Shown here: positions 1 through 11,148 of the stretch, in pieces
How the letters are laid out: each line of letters begins with the position of its first letter
Position numbering within the stretch: the stretch's first letter is position 1
Assembly (NCBI GenBank): GCA_046759805.1
Contig: JBHICX010000001.1
Location: 1-34,325, forward strand
From: Kiloniellales bacterium
GTDB lineage: Bacteria; Pseudomonadota; Alphaproteobacteria; JBHICX01
DNA: 34,325 bases
Reading direction: 5' to 3'
Translations under genes and position numbers: made by a program
Notes under the pieces: model-generated
The model's database searches: none
The model's input: the letters and a program-made list of their open reading frames with translations, nothing else
Told to the model about the DNA's origin: nothing

Positions 1-1
1 C

Positions 2-61
2 ACCGTGGTCCGGCTGATGCTGCCGATGTCGGCGGCTGCCGACAACGGCGGCGAGGGCTGA
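2..61 (+). CDS. 3' end of an ORF running in from the window edge, possibly the NtrB sensor kinase C-terminus
   Basis: The frame is open from the edge (TVVRLMLPMSAAADNGGEG*) and stops at TGA 59-61, 3 nt before the ntrC ATG. Identity is inferred only from the conserved ntrB-ntrC arrangement. Nineteen codons are too few to recognise. Confidence 0.35.
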   Translation, partial: TVVRLMLPMSAAADNGGEG

Positions 62-64
62 GCC

Positions 65-1522
<1,458 letters not shown>

Positions 1523-1601
1523 CCGCCGCCCCGGCACCCTCGGCAGAAGGCACGGGCGACGGGTTGTTAGGCTCGCGCGCGCAAGGCACTCATCGGGATC
1601 T

Positions 1602-3893
1602 ATGACCAGCAAGACGGCGGCGGCTCCTTATCTCCTGATTCGCCATCTAGGCCGCTGGGCGCGGCGTAGGGGGCTCGGGGGAAAGTTTGCCATCGCGCTC
1701 GCCGTCGCTTCAATTCTCTCCGGGTTCTTCACCTACGCCATCATCACCGACCTAGGGCCGTTCGGCAAGGAGGATCCGGAGACCCTATTCCACCTCCTCA
1801 CCATCGACCTGATCCTTATGCTGCTGGTCGGCGTCATCGTCGCCAAGCGGCTGGTGCAGGTCTGGACCGAGCGGCAGCGTGGATCCGCGGGCTCCAAGCT
1901 GCACATCAGGCTGGTCATCCTGTTCGGCGTCGTGGCGGTGACACCGGCCAGCATCGTGGCGGTCTTTTCGGTGCTGTTCTTCACCACCGGCATACAGTCC
2001 TGGTTCAACGAAAAGGTGAGCACCGCGATCAGCGAATCCCTGGAGGTGGCGCAATCCTACCTCGAGGAGCATCAGCAGAACATCCGCGCCGACGCCCTGG
2101 CCATGGCCAACGACTTGAACCGTGCCGCCGCGTTCATCGGCGACAACCCGCAGCGCCTGGGCCAGCTGCTTGCGCAGCAGACGGCGATCCGCTCGCTCAC
2201 CGAGGCGATCGTCTTTGATGGCAGCGGTCAGATCGTGGTCCGGACGGGCCTGACCTTCGCCACCGAGCTCAAGCAATTGCCGCAAGAATCGCTGGAAAAG
2301 GCTCGAGCCGGCGAGGTTGTGGTGCTGACCCGGGAAAGCGACGATCGTGTCAGCGCCCTGGTGCATCTCGAGCGCCTGCTGGACAGCTTTCTCCTCGTCG
2401 GCCGCTTCGTCGAGCCCAAGGTAGTGCGCAGCGTCGAGCGCACCCGCGAGGCGGTGGGCCAGTACGAAGCGCTGGAGCGCGAACGCACCGAACTGCAGAT
2501 CATGTTCAACCTGATCTTCTTCGTCGTGGCGCTGTTGTTCCTGCTGGCGGCGGTGTGGGGTGGCTTGATCCTGGCCAACCGCCTGGTGCGCCCGATCGGG
2601 GACCTGATCGCCGCCGCCGAACGGGTGCGCGCCGGTGACCTCAGCGCCCGGGTCCCGAGGATCGTCGGCACCGACGAGCTTGGCATGCTGGGGCGCGCCT
2701 TCAATCGCATGACCAACCAGTTGCGGGCCCAACGTGAGGAGCTGGTGGAGACCAACCGACAACTGGACGACCGCCGGCGCTTCACCGAGGCGGTACTGGA
2801 AGGGGTGTCAGCCGGGGTCATCGGACTCGACCGGGACGGCCAAATCAACCTGCCGAATCGGTCGGCCTCGACGCTGTTGGGGCTGGACCTGGACCACATG
2901 ATCGGCCGTGAGCTGGCCAAGGCGGTTCCGGAGATGGCGGGGCTGGTCGAAAAAGCCAGAGACCAGGCCGGCGGCAGCGGCGAGAGGCAGATCAAAGTCA
3001 TTCGCAAGGGGCGCACGCATACGCTTCTGGTGCGCATCGCCGTCGAGCGCATCAACCGCAAGGTCAGGGGATACGTGGTTACGTTCGACGACATCACGGC
3101 GCTGTTGCAGGCGCAGCGGACCGCCGCCTGGGCCGACGTCGCCCGGCGCATCGCGCACGAGATCAAGAACCCGCTGACGCCGATCCAGCTCTCGGCCGAG
3201 CGCTTGAAGCGCAAGTATCTGAAAGAGATCGACACCGACACCAGCATCTTTACCGCCTGTACCGACACCATCGTCCGTCAGGTCGCCGACATTCGGCGCA
3301 TGGTCGACGAATTCTCCGCCTTCACCCGCATGCCTGCCCCCGATATGAAGCGGGCCGACCTCGGCGAAATCTGCCAGCAGGCCGTGTTGCTGCAGCGCAA
3401 CGCCCATCCCAAGGTGACGTTCAATATGGACCTGCCCGAGGAAGGGATGATGCTGCCCTTCGACAACCGGCAGATTAGCCAGGCCCTGACCAACCTGCTG
3501 CAGAACTCGGTGCAGGCGATCGAGGGCCGCGAGGCGAAGCCAGGCGAAAAACTACCGCGCGGGCGAATCGACCTGCGGGTCCAGCGCCGGGACGGCCGGC
3601 TGGAGATCGCGGTCGAGGACAACGGCAGGGGGCTGCCCGATGAAGGACGCGAACGGCTGACCGAGCCTTACATGACCACGCGACCAAAGGGCACCGGCCT
3701 GGGTCTGGCAATCGTGAAGAAAATCATGGAAGATCACAACGGCGAGTTGGTGCTCGAAGATGGAGAGGCGGGCGGCGCCCGGGTCAAGTTGGTGTTCTTC
3801 AACCCGGACAAACCCGCGGACGGGGACAGACCGGCGCCGGCGCGGCGGCGGCGCCAGAGGCGCTCGGCAGAGTCTCGGGTCCGGCCGAGCTAG
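1602..3893 (+). CDS. ntrY: Membrane sensor histidine kinase NtrY
   Basis: N-terminal TM segments, a HAMP-like segment (RLVRPIGDLIAAAERVRAGDL), a PAS region, the H-box ARRIAHEIKNPLTPIQLSAERL, the N-box LTNLLQNSVQA and the G-box GTGLGLAIVKKIMEDHNG. Lies between ntrC and ntrX. Confidence 0.9.
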   Translation: MTSKTAAAPYLLIRHLGRWARRRGLGGKFAIALAVASILSGFFTYAIITDLGPFGKEDPETLFHLLTIDLILMLLVGVIVAKRLVQVWTERQRGSAGSKLHIRLVILFGVVAVTPASIVAVFSVLFFTTGIQSWFNEKVSTAISESLEVAQSYLEEHQQNIRADALAMANDLNRAAAFIGDNPQRLGQLLAQQTAIRSLTEAIVFDGSGQIVVRTGLTFATELKQLPQESLEKARAGEVVVLTRESDDRVSALVHLERLLDSFLLVGRFVEPKVVRSVERTREAVGQYEALERERTELQIMFNLIFFVVALLFLLAAVWGGLILANRLVRPIGDLIAAAERVRAGDLSARVPRIVGTDELGMLGRAFNRMTNQLRAQREELVETNRQLDDRRRFTEAVLEGVSAGVIGLDRDGQINLPNRSASTLLGLDLDHMIGRELAKAVPEMAGLVEKARDQAGGSGERQIKVIRKGRTHTLLVRIAVERINRKVRGYVVTFDDITALLQAQRTAAWADVARRIAHEIKNPLTPIQLSAERLKRKYLKEIDTDTSIFTACTDTIVRQVADIRRMVDEFSAFTRMPAPDMKRADLGEICQQAVLLQRNAHPKVTFNMDLPEEGMMLPFDNRQISQALTNLLQNSVQAIEGREAKPGEKLPRGRIDLRVQRRDGRLEIAVEDNGRGLPDEGRERLTEPYMTTRPKGTGLGLAIVKKIMEDHNGELVLEDGEAGGARVKLVFFNPDKPADGDRPAPARRRRQRRSAESRVRPS

Positions 3894-3914
3894 CGAAGGA
3901 AAAGGCGGCGGTTC

Positions 3915-5318
3915 ATGGCGCAGGACATTCTAATCGTTGACGACGAGGCGGATATTCGCACGCTGCTTGCGGGCACGCTGGAGGACGAGGGCTACCAGAC
4001 CCGCGGGGCACATGATGCCGACAGCGCCCTGGCAGCGATCCAGGCGCGGATGCCAAATCTGCTAATCCTGGACATCTGGCTGATGGGTAGCCGCCTGGAC
4101 GGCCTCGAGTTGCTGGAGCAGGTGAAGCGCGACTATCCGAACATGCAAGTGGTGATGATCAGCGGCCACGGCAATATCGAAACCGCGGTCAGCTCGATCA
4201 AGCTGGGGGCCTATGATTTCATCGAGAAGCCATTCCGTGCCGACCGCCTGTTGCTGATGGTCGAGCGGGCGATCGAGGCGGGCCGGATGAAGATGGAGAT
4301 CGAGGCGCTGAGGCATCGCGCCGGTCAGGACGACGAGATGATCGGCGTATCGTCGGCCATCGAGCAGCTTCGCCACGCCATCGACAAGGTCGCACCCACC
4401 GGTAGCCGCGTCTTGATCACCGGTCCGCCCGGCGCCGGCAAGGAGCTGGTCGCCCGCATGCTGCACGAGAAGTCGCGCCGCAACGACGGGCCATTCACCG
4501 TGCTCAACTGTGCCATGTTGCGCCCGGAGAACGTGGAGATCGAGCTATTCGGCCAGGAGCCCGGCGTCAACGGCGGCGACGGGCCGCGCAAGGTCGGCAC
4601 CTTCGAAAAGGCGCATGGCGGCACGTTGTATCTCGACGAAGTCGTCGACATGCCGCTGGAAACCCAGGGCAAGATCGTCCGCGCCCTGCAAGAGCAGACT
4701 TTCTCCCGCGTCGGCGGCAGCACGTTGGTGCAGGTGGACGTGCGCGTGATCGCCTCGTCCAGCCGCAACCTGGCGGAACAGATGGCGGCGGGAGAGTTCC
4801 GCCAGGACCTATACTACCGGCTGAACGTGGTGCCGATCACCGTGCCGCCGTTGCGCGAGCGCCCGCAGGATATCCCGGTACTCGTCGACCACTTCATGAT
4901 GCGTTCGGCGGAGAACGCCGGCGTTCCGGCGCGCGACATCGCCATGGACGCCATGGTCGCCCTGCAGGCCTACCAATGGCCCGGCAACGTGCGACAGCTC
5001 AAGAACGTCATCGACTGGCTCTTGATCATGGCGCCCGGTGGCGCGGACGAGCCGATCAAATCGGAAATGCTGCCGCCGGAGATCGGGGCGATTACGCCGC
5101 AGGTGCTGAGATGGGACAAGGGCGGCGAAATCATGGGCCTGCCGCTGCGCGACGCGCGCGAGGTGTTCGAGCGTGAGTACCTTATGGCCCAGGTCAATCG
5201 CTTTGGCGGCAATATCTCGCGTACCGCCTCGTTCGTCGGCATGGAACGCTCGGCGTTGCACCGCAAACTCAAGACCCTAGGCGTCCAGGACGCCGAAAAG
5301 CAAAAGGCCAACTCGTAG
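3915..5318 (+). CDS. ntrX: Response regulator NtrX (AAA+ domain lacking the GAFTGA loop)
   Basis: Receiver domain (ILIVDDEADIR, LDIWL). Walker A GPPGAGKE. ELFGQEPGVNGGDGPRKVGTFEKA replaces the GAFTGA motif, which is typical of NtrX. C-terminal HTH GNISRTASFVGMERSALHRKLKTLG. Confidence 0.9.
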   Translation: MAQDILIVDDEADIRTLLAGTLEDEGYQTRGAHDADSALAAIQARMPNLLILDIWLMGSRLDGLELLEQVKRDYPNMQVVMISGHGNIETAVSSIKLGAYDFIEKPFRADRLLLMVERAIEAGRMKMEIEALRHRAGQDDEMIGVSSAIEQLRHAIDKVAPTGSRVLITGPPGAGKELVARMLHEKSRRNDGPFTVLNCAMLRPENVEIELFGQEPGVNGGDGPRKVGTFEKAHGGTLYLDEVVDMPLETQGKIVRALQEQTFSRVGGSTLVQVDVRVIASSSRNLAEQMAAGEFRQDLYYRLNVVPITVPPLRERPQDIPVLVDHFMMRSAENAGVPARDIAMDAMVALQAYQWPGNVRQLKNVIDWLLIMAPGGADEPIKSEMLPPEIGAITPQVLRWDKGGEIMGLPLRDAREVFEREYLMAQVNRFGGNISRTASFVGMERSALHRKLKTLGVQDAEKQKANS

Positions 5319-5374
5319 GCGTGATTCCACGATCAGGGCTTCGGTGACGCGGGCCTGAACGAACGGGCGCAGAC

Positions 5375-6751
5375 ATGAAATTCATCATCTGTGGGGCCGG
5401 GCAAGTCGGCTTCGCCATCGCGCGCTATCTGGCGACCGGCGACAACGACATCACGGTCGTCGACCAGTCGGCGGCGCTGGCGCAGACCCTGGCTGACACT
5501 CTCGACGTGCAGGCCGTGGTCGGGTTTGCGTCGCATCCGGACGTGCTGGAACGGGCCGGCTGCGCCGATGCGGACATGATCATCGCCGTAACCCGGGTGG
5601 ACGAGGTCAACATGATCGCCTGTCAGGTGGCGCACTCGTTGTTCGACGTGCCGATGAAGATCGCCCGCGTGCGCAACCAGAGCTACCTGCAGCCGATCTG
5701 GGCCGACCTGTTCAGCCGCGACAACATGCCGATCGACGTGATCATTTCACCGGAACGGGAAGTGGCGCGGGCGATCAACCGGCGGCTGCACGTGCCGGGG
5801 GCGTTCGACACCATCCTGCTGGCCGACGGCAAGGTGCGGGTGGTGGGCGTGCACTGCACCGACTCCTGTCCGATCATCAACACACCGCTCAGGCAACTGA
5901 CGGTTCTGTTTCCCAACCTGAACATCCTGATCGTCGCCATCATCCGCGGCAACCGGCCGATCGTGCCCTCGAGCGATGATCAGATGCTGCCGGGCGACGA
6001 CGTCTATTTCGTGGTCGACGACCGCCACCTGCGGCGCGCGCTCGGCGCCTTCGGACACGAGGAGCCGGAGGCGCGGCGCGTCATCATCATCGGCGGTGGC
6101 AACGTCGGGCTGTTCGTGGCCCAGGGAATCGAGGCCGAGAACAGCGGAGTCAACGCCAAGCTCATCGAGATCGATGCGGCACGGGCCGCGTTCACGGCGC
6201 AGCAGCTGCGACACACCGTGGTGCTCAATGGCGACGCCCTTGACCTGGATATCCTGACCGAGGCCAATGTGGACACCGCCGAGACCGTGGTCGCGGTAAC
6301 CAATGACGACGAGGTCAACATCCTGGCCTCGCTGTTGGCCAAACGCCATGGCTGTCAGCGGGCGCTGACCCTGGTCAACAAGACCACTTTCGACTCGCTG
6401 ATCCCAACGCTGGGCATCGACGCCGTGGTAAGCCCGCGGGCGATCACCGTCTCCACCATCCTGCAGCACGTTCGCCGCGGCCGCATTCGCTCGGTGCATT
6501 CGCTGCGCGAAGGATTCGCCGAGATCATCGAGGCCGACGCGCTCGAGACCTCGGGCATCCTCAACAAGCCGCTTGCCGAAATCAACCTGCCGTCCGGTAT
6601 CATCATCGGCGCCATCGTGCGCGATGACGAGGTGGTGATCCCGCGCCCCGACACCCGCATTCAGGTGAAGGACCGCGTGGTGTTGCTGGCCACCACAGAG
6701 GCGGTGAAGGTGATAGAGAAGATGTTCTCCGTCGGCTTGGAATTCTTCTGA
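5375..6751 (+). CDS. trkA: Trk potassium-uptake NAD-binding subunit TrkA
   Basis: Two Rossmann RCK_N repeats (ICGAGQVGFAIARYL and IIIGGGNVGLFVAQ), each followed by an RCK_C-like segment. 458 aa, the canonical size. Confidence 0.92.
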   Translation: MKFIICGAGQVGFAIARYLATGDNDITVVDQSAALAQTLADTLDVQAVVGFASHPDVLERAGCADADMIIAVTRVDEVNMIACQVAHSLFDVPMKIARVRNQSYLQPIWADLFSRDNMPIDVIISPEREVARAINRRLHVPGAFDTILLADGKVRVVGVHCTDSCPIINTPLRQLTVLFPNLNILIVAIIRGNRPIVPSSDDQMLPGDDVYFVVDDRHLRRALGAFGHEEPEARRVIIIGGGNVGLFVAQGIEAENSGVNAKLIEIDAARAAFTAQQLRHTVVLNGDALDLDILTEANVDTAETVVAVTNDDEVNILASLLAKRHGCQRALTLVNKTTFDSLIPTLGIDAVVSPRAITVSTILQHVRRGRIRSVHSLREGFAEIIEADALETSGILNKPLAEINLPSGIIIGAIVRDDEVVIPRPDTRIQVKDRVVLLATTEAVKVIEKMFSVGLEFF

Positions 6752-6781
6752 GCCCCGGGCGGAAGGGAGGTCGATGGCGCC

Positions 6782-7645
6782 ATGCCCCGCTTCGCCTACG
6801 TCAGTGGTCGCTACGTCGCGCACCATGAAGCCGCGGTCCATGTCGAGGATCGGGGTTATCAGTTCGCCGACGGCGTCTACGAGGTGGTCACCATACATGG
6901 CGGTCGCCTGGTCGACATGGACCCCCATCTCGATCGACTCGACCGCTCGCTTGGCGAGCTTAGGATCCGCTGGCCGATGTCGCGGCGGGCGCTGAAGCTG
7001 GTGATGCGCGAGTTGATCGAGCGAAACCGGGTGCGTGACGGCATCATCTACCTTCAGGTCACGCGCGGCGTCGCCCCGCGCGAGCACGCGTTCCCCGACG
7101 GCTGCGCACCCCAGCTGGTGATGACCACCAAGGTGATGAAGCCGCAATCGCCGCAGATGGTGGAGGATGGGGTCAAGGTGATCACCGTCCCGGACATCCG
7201 TTGGCAACGGTGCGACATCAAGTCGATCTCCCTGTTGCCGAACTGCCTGGCCAAGCAGCAAGCGATCGACGGCGGCGCCTATGAGGCCTGGCAGGTAGAC
7301 GCCGATGGCCAAGTGACCGAGGGCAGCTCGACCAACGCCTGGATCGTGACCAAGGACGGGAAGCTCATTACCCGCAACGTCAACTCCGCCATCCTCAACG
7401 GCATCACGCGCCTGGCGCTGATCCGAATCGCCCGCGCGGAGGGAGTCGAGCTCGAGGAACGGGCGTTCACCGTAGACGAGGCCAGGGCCGCCAGGGAGGC
7501 GTTCATCACCAGTTCGACCTCGTTCGTGCTGCCGGTGACCAAGGTAGACGAGCAGGTTCTCGGCAACGGCAAATCCGGCTCGCTCACGCTGCGGCTGCGG
7601 GGGCATTACATGGACTATATGGCCGGAAAACGAGACCCCGCGTGA
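6782..7645 (+). CDS. Class IV (D-amino-acid / branched-chain family) aminotransferase, D-amino-acid aminotransferase-like
   Basis: Fold-type IV signature at the N-terminus (VHVEDRGYQFADGVYEV). Candidate PLP lysine in RCDIKSISLLPN. ITRLALI and FITSST motifs. 287 aa. Confidence 0.8.
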   Translation: MPRFAYVSGRYVAHHEAAVHVEDRGYQFADGVYEVVTIHGGRLVDMDPHLDRLDRSLGELRIRWPMSRRALKLVMRELIERNRVRDGIIYLQVTRGVAPREHAFPDGCAPQLVMTTKVMKPQSPQMVEDGVKVITVPDIRWQRCDIKSISLLPNCLAKQQAIDGGAYEAWQVDADGQVTEGSSTNAWIVTKDGKLITRNVNSAILNGITRLALIRIARAEGVELEERAFTVDEARAAREAFITSSTSFVLPVTKVDEQVLGNGKSGSLTLRLRGHYMDYMAGKRDPA

Positions 7646-8325
7646 ACCGGCGGACCAATCACCGGTTGCCGCCGCCGCGGGCGCTGTTGTTCGATTGGGA
7701 CGACACGCTCGTTGACAACTGGCAGACCATCCACGAGGCGCTCAACGCCACGTTCGAGGCGATGGGCCGTCCCACCTGGAGCCTTCAAGAGACCCAGAGG
7801 AACGCCCGTCGGTCGGCGCGCGACCGCTTTCCGCAGTTGTTCGGCGAGCGCTGGCAGGAGGCGCAGGAGATCTTCTACGACGCCTTCCGGCGGAACCACC
7901 TTCGCACCTTGCGGGCGCTGCCACACGCCGAGACCATGCTGAGCCACCTCCAGGCCAGCGGACTGCTTCTCGCGGTGGTCAGCAACAAGAACGGCGACTT
8001 CCTGAGACGCGAGGCCGCGCACCTCGGCTGGACCGGCTATTTCCGCCGGCTAGTCGGCGCCGCCGATGCCACCGCCGACAAGCCGGCCAAGGCGGCGGTG
8101 ACGCTGGCCTTGCGGGGCAGCGGCCTGAGCTGCGGCCCCGAGGTCTGGTTCGTCGGCGACGCGGACATCGACGTCGAATGCGCCCGAAATGCGGGCCTCA
8201 GCGCCGTGCTCTTGCAGGGACCGGGCGGCTGCAGACAAGCCGTCGTCGGCGAACGGCACGCGTTGCGGCTATCGGACTGCGCCGAGCTCATGTACACCGT
8301 CGACGGTTTGCTCCGGCAACTGTAA
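7642..8325 (+). CDS. HAD-superfamily hydrolase (phosphatase, phosphoglycolate-phosphatase-like)
   Basis: HAD motif I LLFDWDDTLVDN, motif II VVSNK and motif IV FVGDADIDVECARNAG. Its GTG start overlaps the preceding stop by 4 nt (GTGA). Confidence 0.75.
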   Translation: MNRRTNHRLPPPRALLFDWDDTLVDNWQTIHEALNATFEAMGRPTWSLQETQRNARRSARDRFPQLFGERWQEAQEIFYDAFRRNHLRTLRALPHAETMLSHLQASGLLLAVVSNKNGDFLRREAAHLGWTGYFRRLVGAADATADKPAKAAVTLALRGSGLSCGPEVWFVGDADIDVECARNAGLSAVLLQGPGGCRQAVVGERHALRLSDCAELMYTVDGLLRQL

Positions 8326-8451
8326 TTCTATTTCGATGGAATTCGTGGTATTCGTTGCCGGAACCAGACCGGCGTCGGCCCGATTCCTCGGCCCGCCACG
8401 CCCGGTGGAAGAGGGGCCTAGACCCGACCGAAGAACAAAAGGATCAATAAC

Positions 8452-8751
8452 ATGTCGGACAAGACCAATAACCTGCAGGACGTGTTCCTGAACCACATCC
8501 GCAAGAACAAGACCCCGGTGACGATCTTCCTGGTGAACGGCGTGAAGCTGCAGGGGATCGTTACCTGGTTCGACAACTTTTGCGTGCTGCTGCGCCGCGA
8601 TGCGCATTCACAGTTAGTGTACAAGCACGCCGTCTCGACCGTGATGCCGGCCCATCCGATACAGCTGTTCGAACCGGCCAAGGAGGTCGCCGAAGAGCCT
8701 GCCGAAGAGCCCGCCGAAGAGCCCGCGGTCGCGGAGCAACTCGATCAGTAA
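8452..8751 (+). CDS. hfq: RNA chaperone Hfq
   Basis: Sm1/Sm2 core [59 protein letters not shown]. Acidic C-terminal tail with an (EEPA)x3 repeat. Confidence 0.97.
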   Translation: MSDKTNNLQDVFLNHIRKNKTPVTIFLVNGVKLQGIVTWFDNFCVLLRRDAHSQLVYKHAVSTVMPAHPIQLFEPAKEVAEEPAEEPAEEPAVAEQLDQ

Positions 8752-8908
8752 CCGTCCCGCCCAGGCTGGCAGGTTCCAAGCGGCGCGGTCCACCGGCCGG
8801 GCGCTGGTCCTGCATCCCGAGTCGAGGTCGAGCGGCGACGGCACCGCCGACAGTCGAAGCTCCGAGTCGCGCCTGGTCGAGGCCCGGGCGCTGGCCGGGG
8901 CCATCGAT

Positions 8909-10090
8909 TTGACGGTGGTGCAGGCGGAGGCGGTGCGCCTCGGCCGGCCGCGGCCGGCAACGCTGTTCGGCCCTGGCGCGGTGGGGCGCTACGCCGAGCT
9001 GATCGCCGCCGAGGCGGTCGAGGTGGTGGTGGTGAACCACCCCTTGACCCCGATTCAGCAACGCAACCTGGAGCTCGCCTGGACGGCAAAGGTGGTCGAT
9101 CGCACCGGCCTCATACTCGAGATCTTCGGCGCCCGCGCGCGCACCCATGAAGGGCGCCTGCAAGTCGAGCTGGCGGCGCTCAGCTACCAGCGCAGTCGCC
9201 TGGTGCGCAGCTGGACCCACCTGGAGCGGCAACGCGGCGGTTACGGCTTCCTGGGGGGGCCGGGTGAATCCCAGCTCGAGATCGACCGCCGGCTGATCGA
9301 CCAACGGATCATCCACCTGAAGCGTGAGCTCAAGGCCGTGACCCGGACCCGTGCGCTGCATCGCCGGGCGCGCCGACAGGTGCCGAACCCGGTGGTGGCG
9401 CTGGTCGGCTACACCAACGCCGGCAAGTCGACCCTGTTCAACCGCCTGACCGGCAGCCGGGTGTTTGCCGATGACCGTCCGTTCGCCACCTTGGACCCGA
9501 CGATGCGGGCATTGGCCCTGCCTTCGGGTCGTCTGGTCATCTTGTCCGATACGGTGGGCTTCATACAGGATCTGCCGACCCAGTTGATTGCGGCGTTTCG
9601 CGCCACCCTGGAGGAGGTGCTGGAAGCCGACGTGATCGTCCATGTACGCGACGTGGCCCACCCGGACAGCGCGGCGCAGCGCGGCGATGTGCACAAGGTG
9701 CTGGCCGAGCTCGGCCTGCGACAGGTGATCGACGAGGACGGCCTGGTCGAGGTCTTGAACAAGGTGGACCTGTTGGACCGGTCGGCAGGCGATGCCTTGA
9801 CCAACAACGCCGGCCGACACTCGGACATGGTCGTCCTCTCGGCGCTGACCGGAGAGGGATGCCAGGCCCTGCTCGAGGCCCTGGACAGGTGGTTCTCGGT
9901 AGCACGCCGGGTGCTGAAGCTGACGGTGGACTTGAGCGACGGGGCCTCGCTCGCGTGGCTATACCACCACGGCGAGGTGTTGAGCCGGCGCGACGAAGGC
10001 CCGGTGGCACGCTTGCAAGTCGGACTCGACCCGGCCGATGCTGCCCGCTTCGAGCGTCGCATGGGGCGGCACCACCCAGGCGACCGATGA
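8909..10090 (+). CDS. hflX: GTPase HflX (coordinates give the minimal ORF; the true N-terminus is almost certainly upstream)
   Basis: HflX N-domain (IDRTGLILEIFGARARTHEGRLQVELAALSY, WTHLERQRGG.GFLGGPGESQLEIDRR). G1 GYTNAGKSTLFN, G3 DTVGF and G4 NKVD. HflX-like sequence (RALVLHPE...ESRLVEARALAGAIDL) continues in frame upstream to about 8798. Confidence 0.9.
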   Translation: MTVVQAEAVRLGRPRPATLFGPGAVGRYAELIAAEAVEVVVVNHPLTPIQQRNLELAWTAKVVDRTGLILEIFGARARTHEGRLQVELAALSYQRSRLVRSWTHLERQRGGYGFLGGPGESQLEIDRRLIDQRIIHLKRELKAVTRTRALHRRARRQVPNPVVALVGYTNAGKSTLFNRLTGSRVFADDRPFATLDPTMRALALPSGRLVILSDTVGFIQDLPTQLIAAFRATLEEVLEADVIVHVRDVAHPDSAAQRGDVHKVLAELGLRQVIDEDGLVEVLNKVDLLDRSAGDALTNNAGRHSDMVVLSALTGEGCQALLEALDRWFSVARRVLKLTVDLSDGASLAWLYHHGEVLSRRDEGPVARLQVGLDPADAARFERRMGRHHPGDR

Positions 10091-10305
10091 GGGCGGCGAC
10101 GAAGCCTCATCACATTCTCGGGCCGGGCGTTTTAACCTGCAGGATCAGGTCTTGGTTGCACCACCCATTGCCGAGCATGGGCGACGGTGGTTTGAACGCG
10201 AATGGCTCGAGGTGCTGCGGCCGCCCGCCTTAAGCCCGCATCGAGCCGCGCCGCCGACCCCGGAAAACCGGCGAGGGGAGGCCACCCCATAGGTCCGAAA
10301 CGCCC

Positions 10306-11136
10306 ATGATTCCCGACCTCGACAGGGTGAGTGCCATCGTCCGCGAGGCCGCCGCGGCGGAGGTCTTGCCGCGGTTCCAGGCGTTGCGTGACCAGGACGT
10401 CTGGCGCAAGGCGTCGGGCGAGGTGGTGAGCGTGGCCGACGTCGAAGCCGAAAGATGGCTCACCCGGCGGCTCTTGGACCTGCTGCCCGGCTCGATGGTG
10501 ATCGGCGAGGAAGCGAGCGCCGACCGCCCGGCGCTCTTGGATCAGGTGGGCCGGGAGGGGCCGGTATGGCTCATCGATCCGGTCGACGGTACCGGCAGCT
10601 TCATCGCCGGCAAGCCGGCGTTCGCGGTCGTGGTCGGCCTGCTGGCCCAGGGGCGTTGCCTGGCCGGGTGGATCCACGACCCGTTGGCGGACCGCATGGC
10701 GGTCGCTGCCGCCGCCGAGGGCGCCTGGCTCGACGGCGAGCGACTGCGGGTGGCCGCGCCGGCACCGCTCAGCGAGATGTCCGGCGTGCTGCACCTCGGC
10801 TGTTTCGACAAGCCCTGGCGGCAGCGCATCCGCGATCGCCAATCGCGGCTGGGCCGGATCGGCAACCGCGGCTGTGGCGCCCACGAATACATGGCGCTGG
10901 CCGCGGGGCGCCAGCACTTTGCGCTGTTCAGCGAGACCATGCCCTGGGATCACGCCGCGGGGGTGTTGATGCACCGCGAGGCCGGCGGCTTCGCGGCCCG
11001 CCTGGACGGCCGCGCGTACCGTCCAACCGACCATCGGGGCGGGCTCCTGCTGGCGCCGGACCCGGCCAGCTGGGAGGCGCTGCATGGGTTCCTGACGCAA
11101 CAGGAGAATGCGCCGGAGGGGCAGGAGGCGGGGTAG
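10306..11136 (+). CDS. Inositol monophosphatase / FIG-family phosphatase
   Basis: IMPase metal-binding motifs GEE (VIGEEAS) and WLIDPVDGTGSF. 276 aa. Confidence 0.8.
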   Translation: MIPDLDRVSAIVREAAAAEVLPRFQALRDQDVWRKASGEVVSVADVEAERWLTRRLLDLLPGSMVIGEEASADRPALLDQVGREGPVWLIDPVDGTGSFIAGKPAFAVVVGLLAQGRCLAGWIHDPLADRMAVAAAAEGAWLDGERLRVAAPAPLSEMSGVLHLGCFDKPWRQRIRDRQSRLGRIGNRGCGAHEYMALAAGRQHFALFSETMPWDHAAGVLMHREAGGFAARLDGRAYRPTDHRGGLLLAPDPASWEALHGFLTQQENAPEGQEAG

Positions 11137-11148
11137 GGGGCCGCGGGA

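Noticed and set aside
5747-7606. Very long antisense ORFs here and elsewhere: 8561-9820 (-), 10455-11726 (+), 15693-16826 (-), 22911-24863 (+), 27569-28657 (+), 29822-30922 (-), 536-1306 (-) and 1785-2762 (-).
   Set aside because: They are typical high-GC shadow ORFs. Their translations are Arg/Pro/Gly/Ala-rich with no recognisable motifs, and each overlaps a confidently recognised gene on the other strand or in another frame.
8689-8724. A 3 x 12-bp tandem repeat (GCCGAAGAGCCN) at the end of hfq.
   Set aside because: It simply encodes the variable acidic Hfq C-terminal tail (EEPA x3). Such tails are common and do not constitute a separate element.
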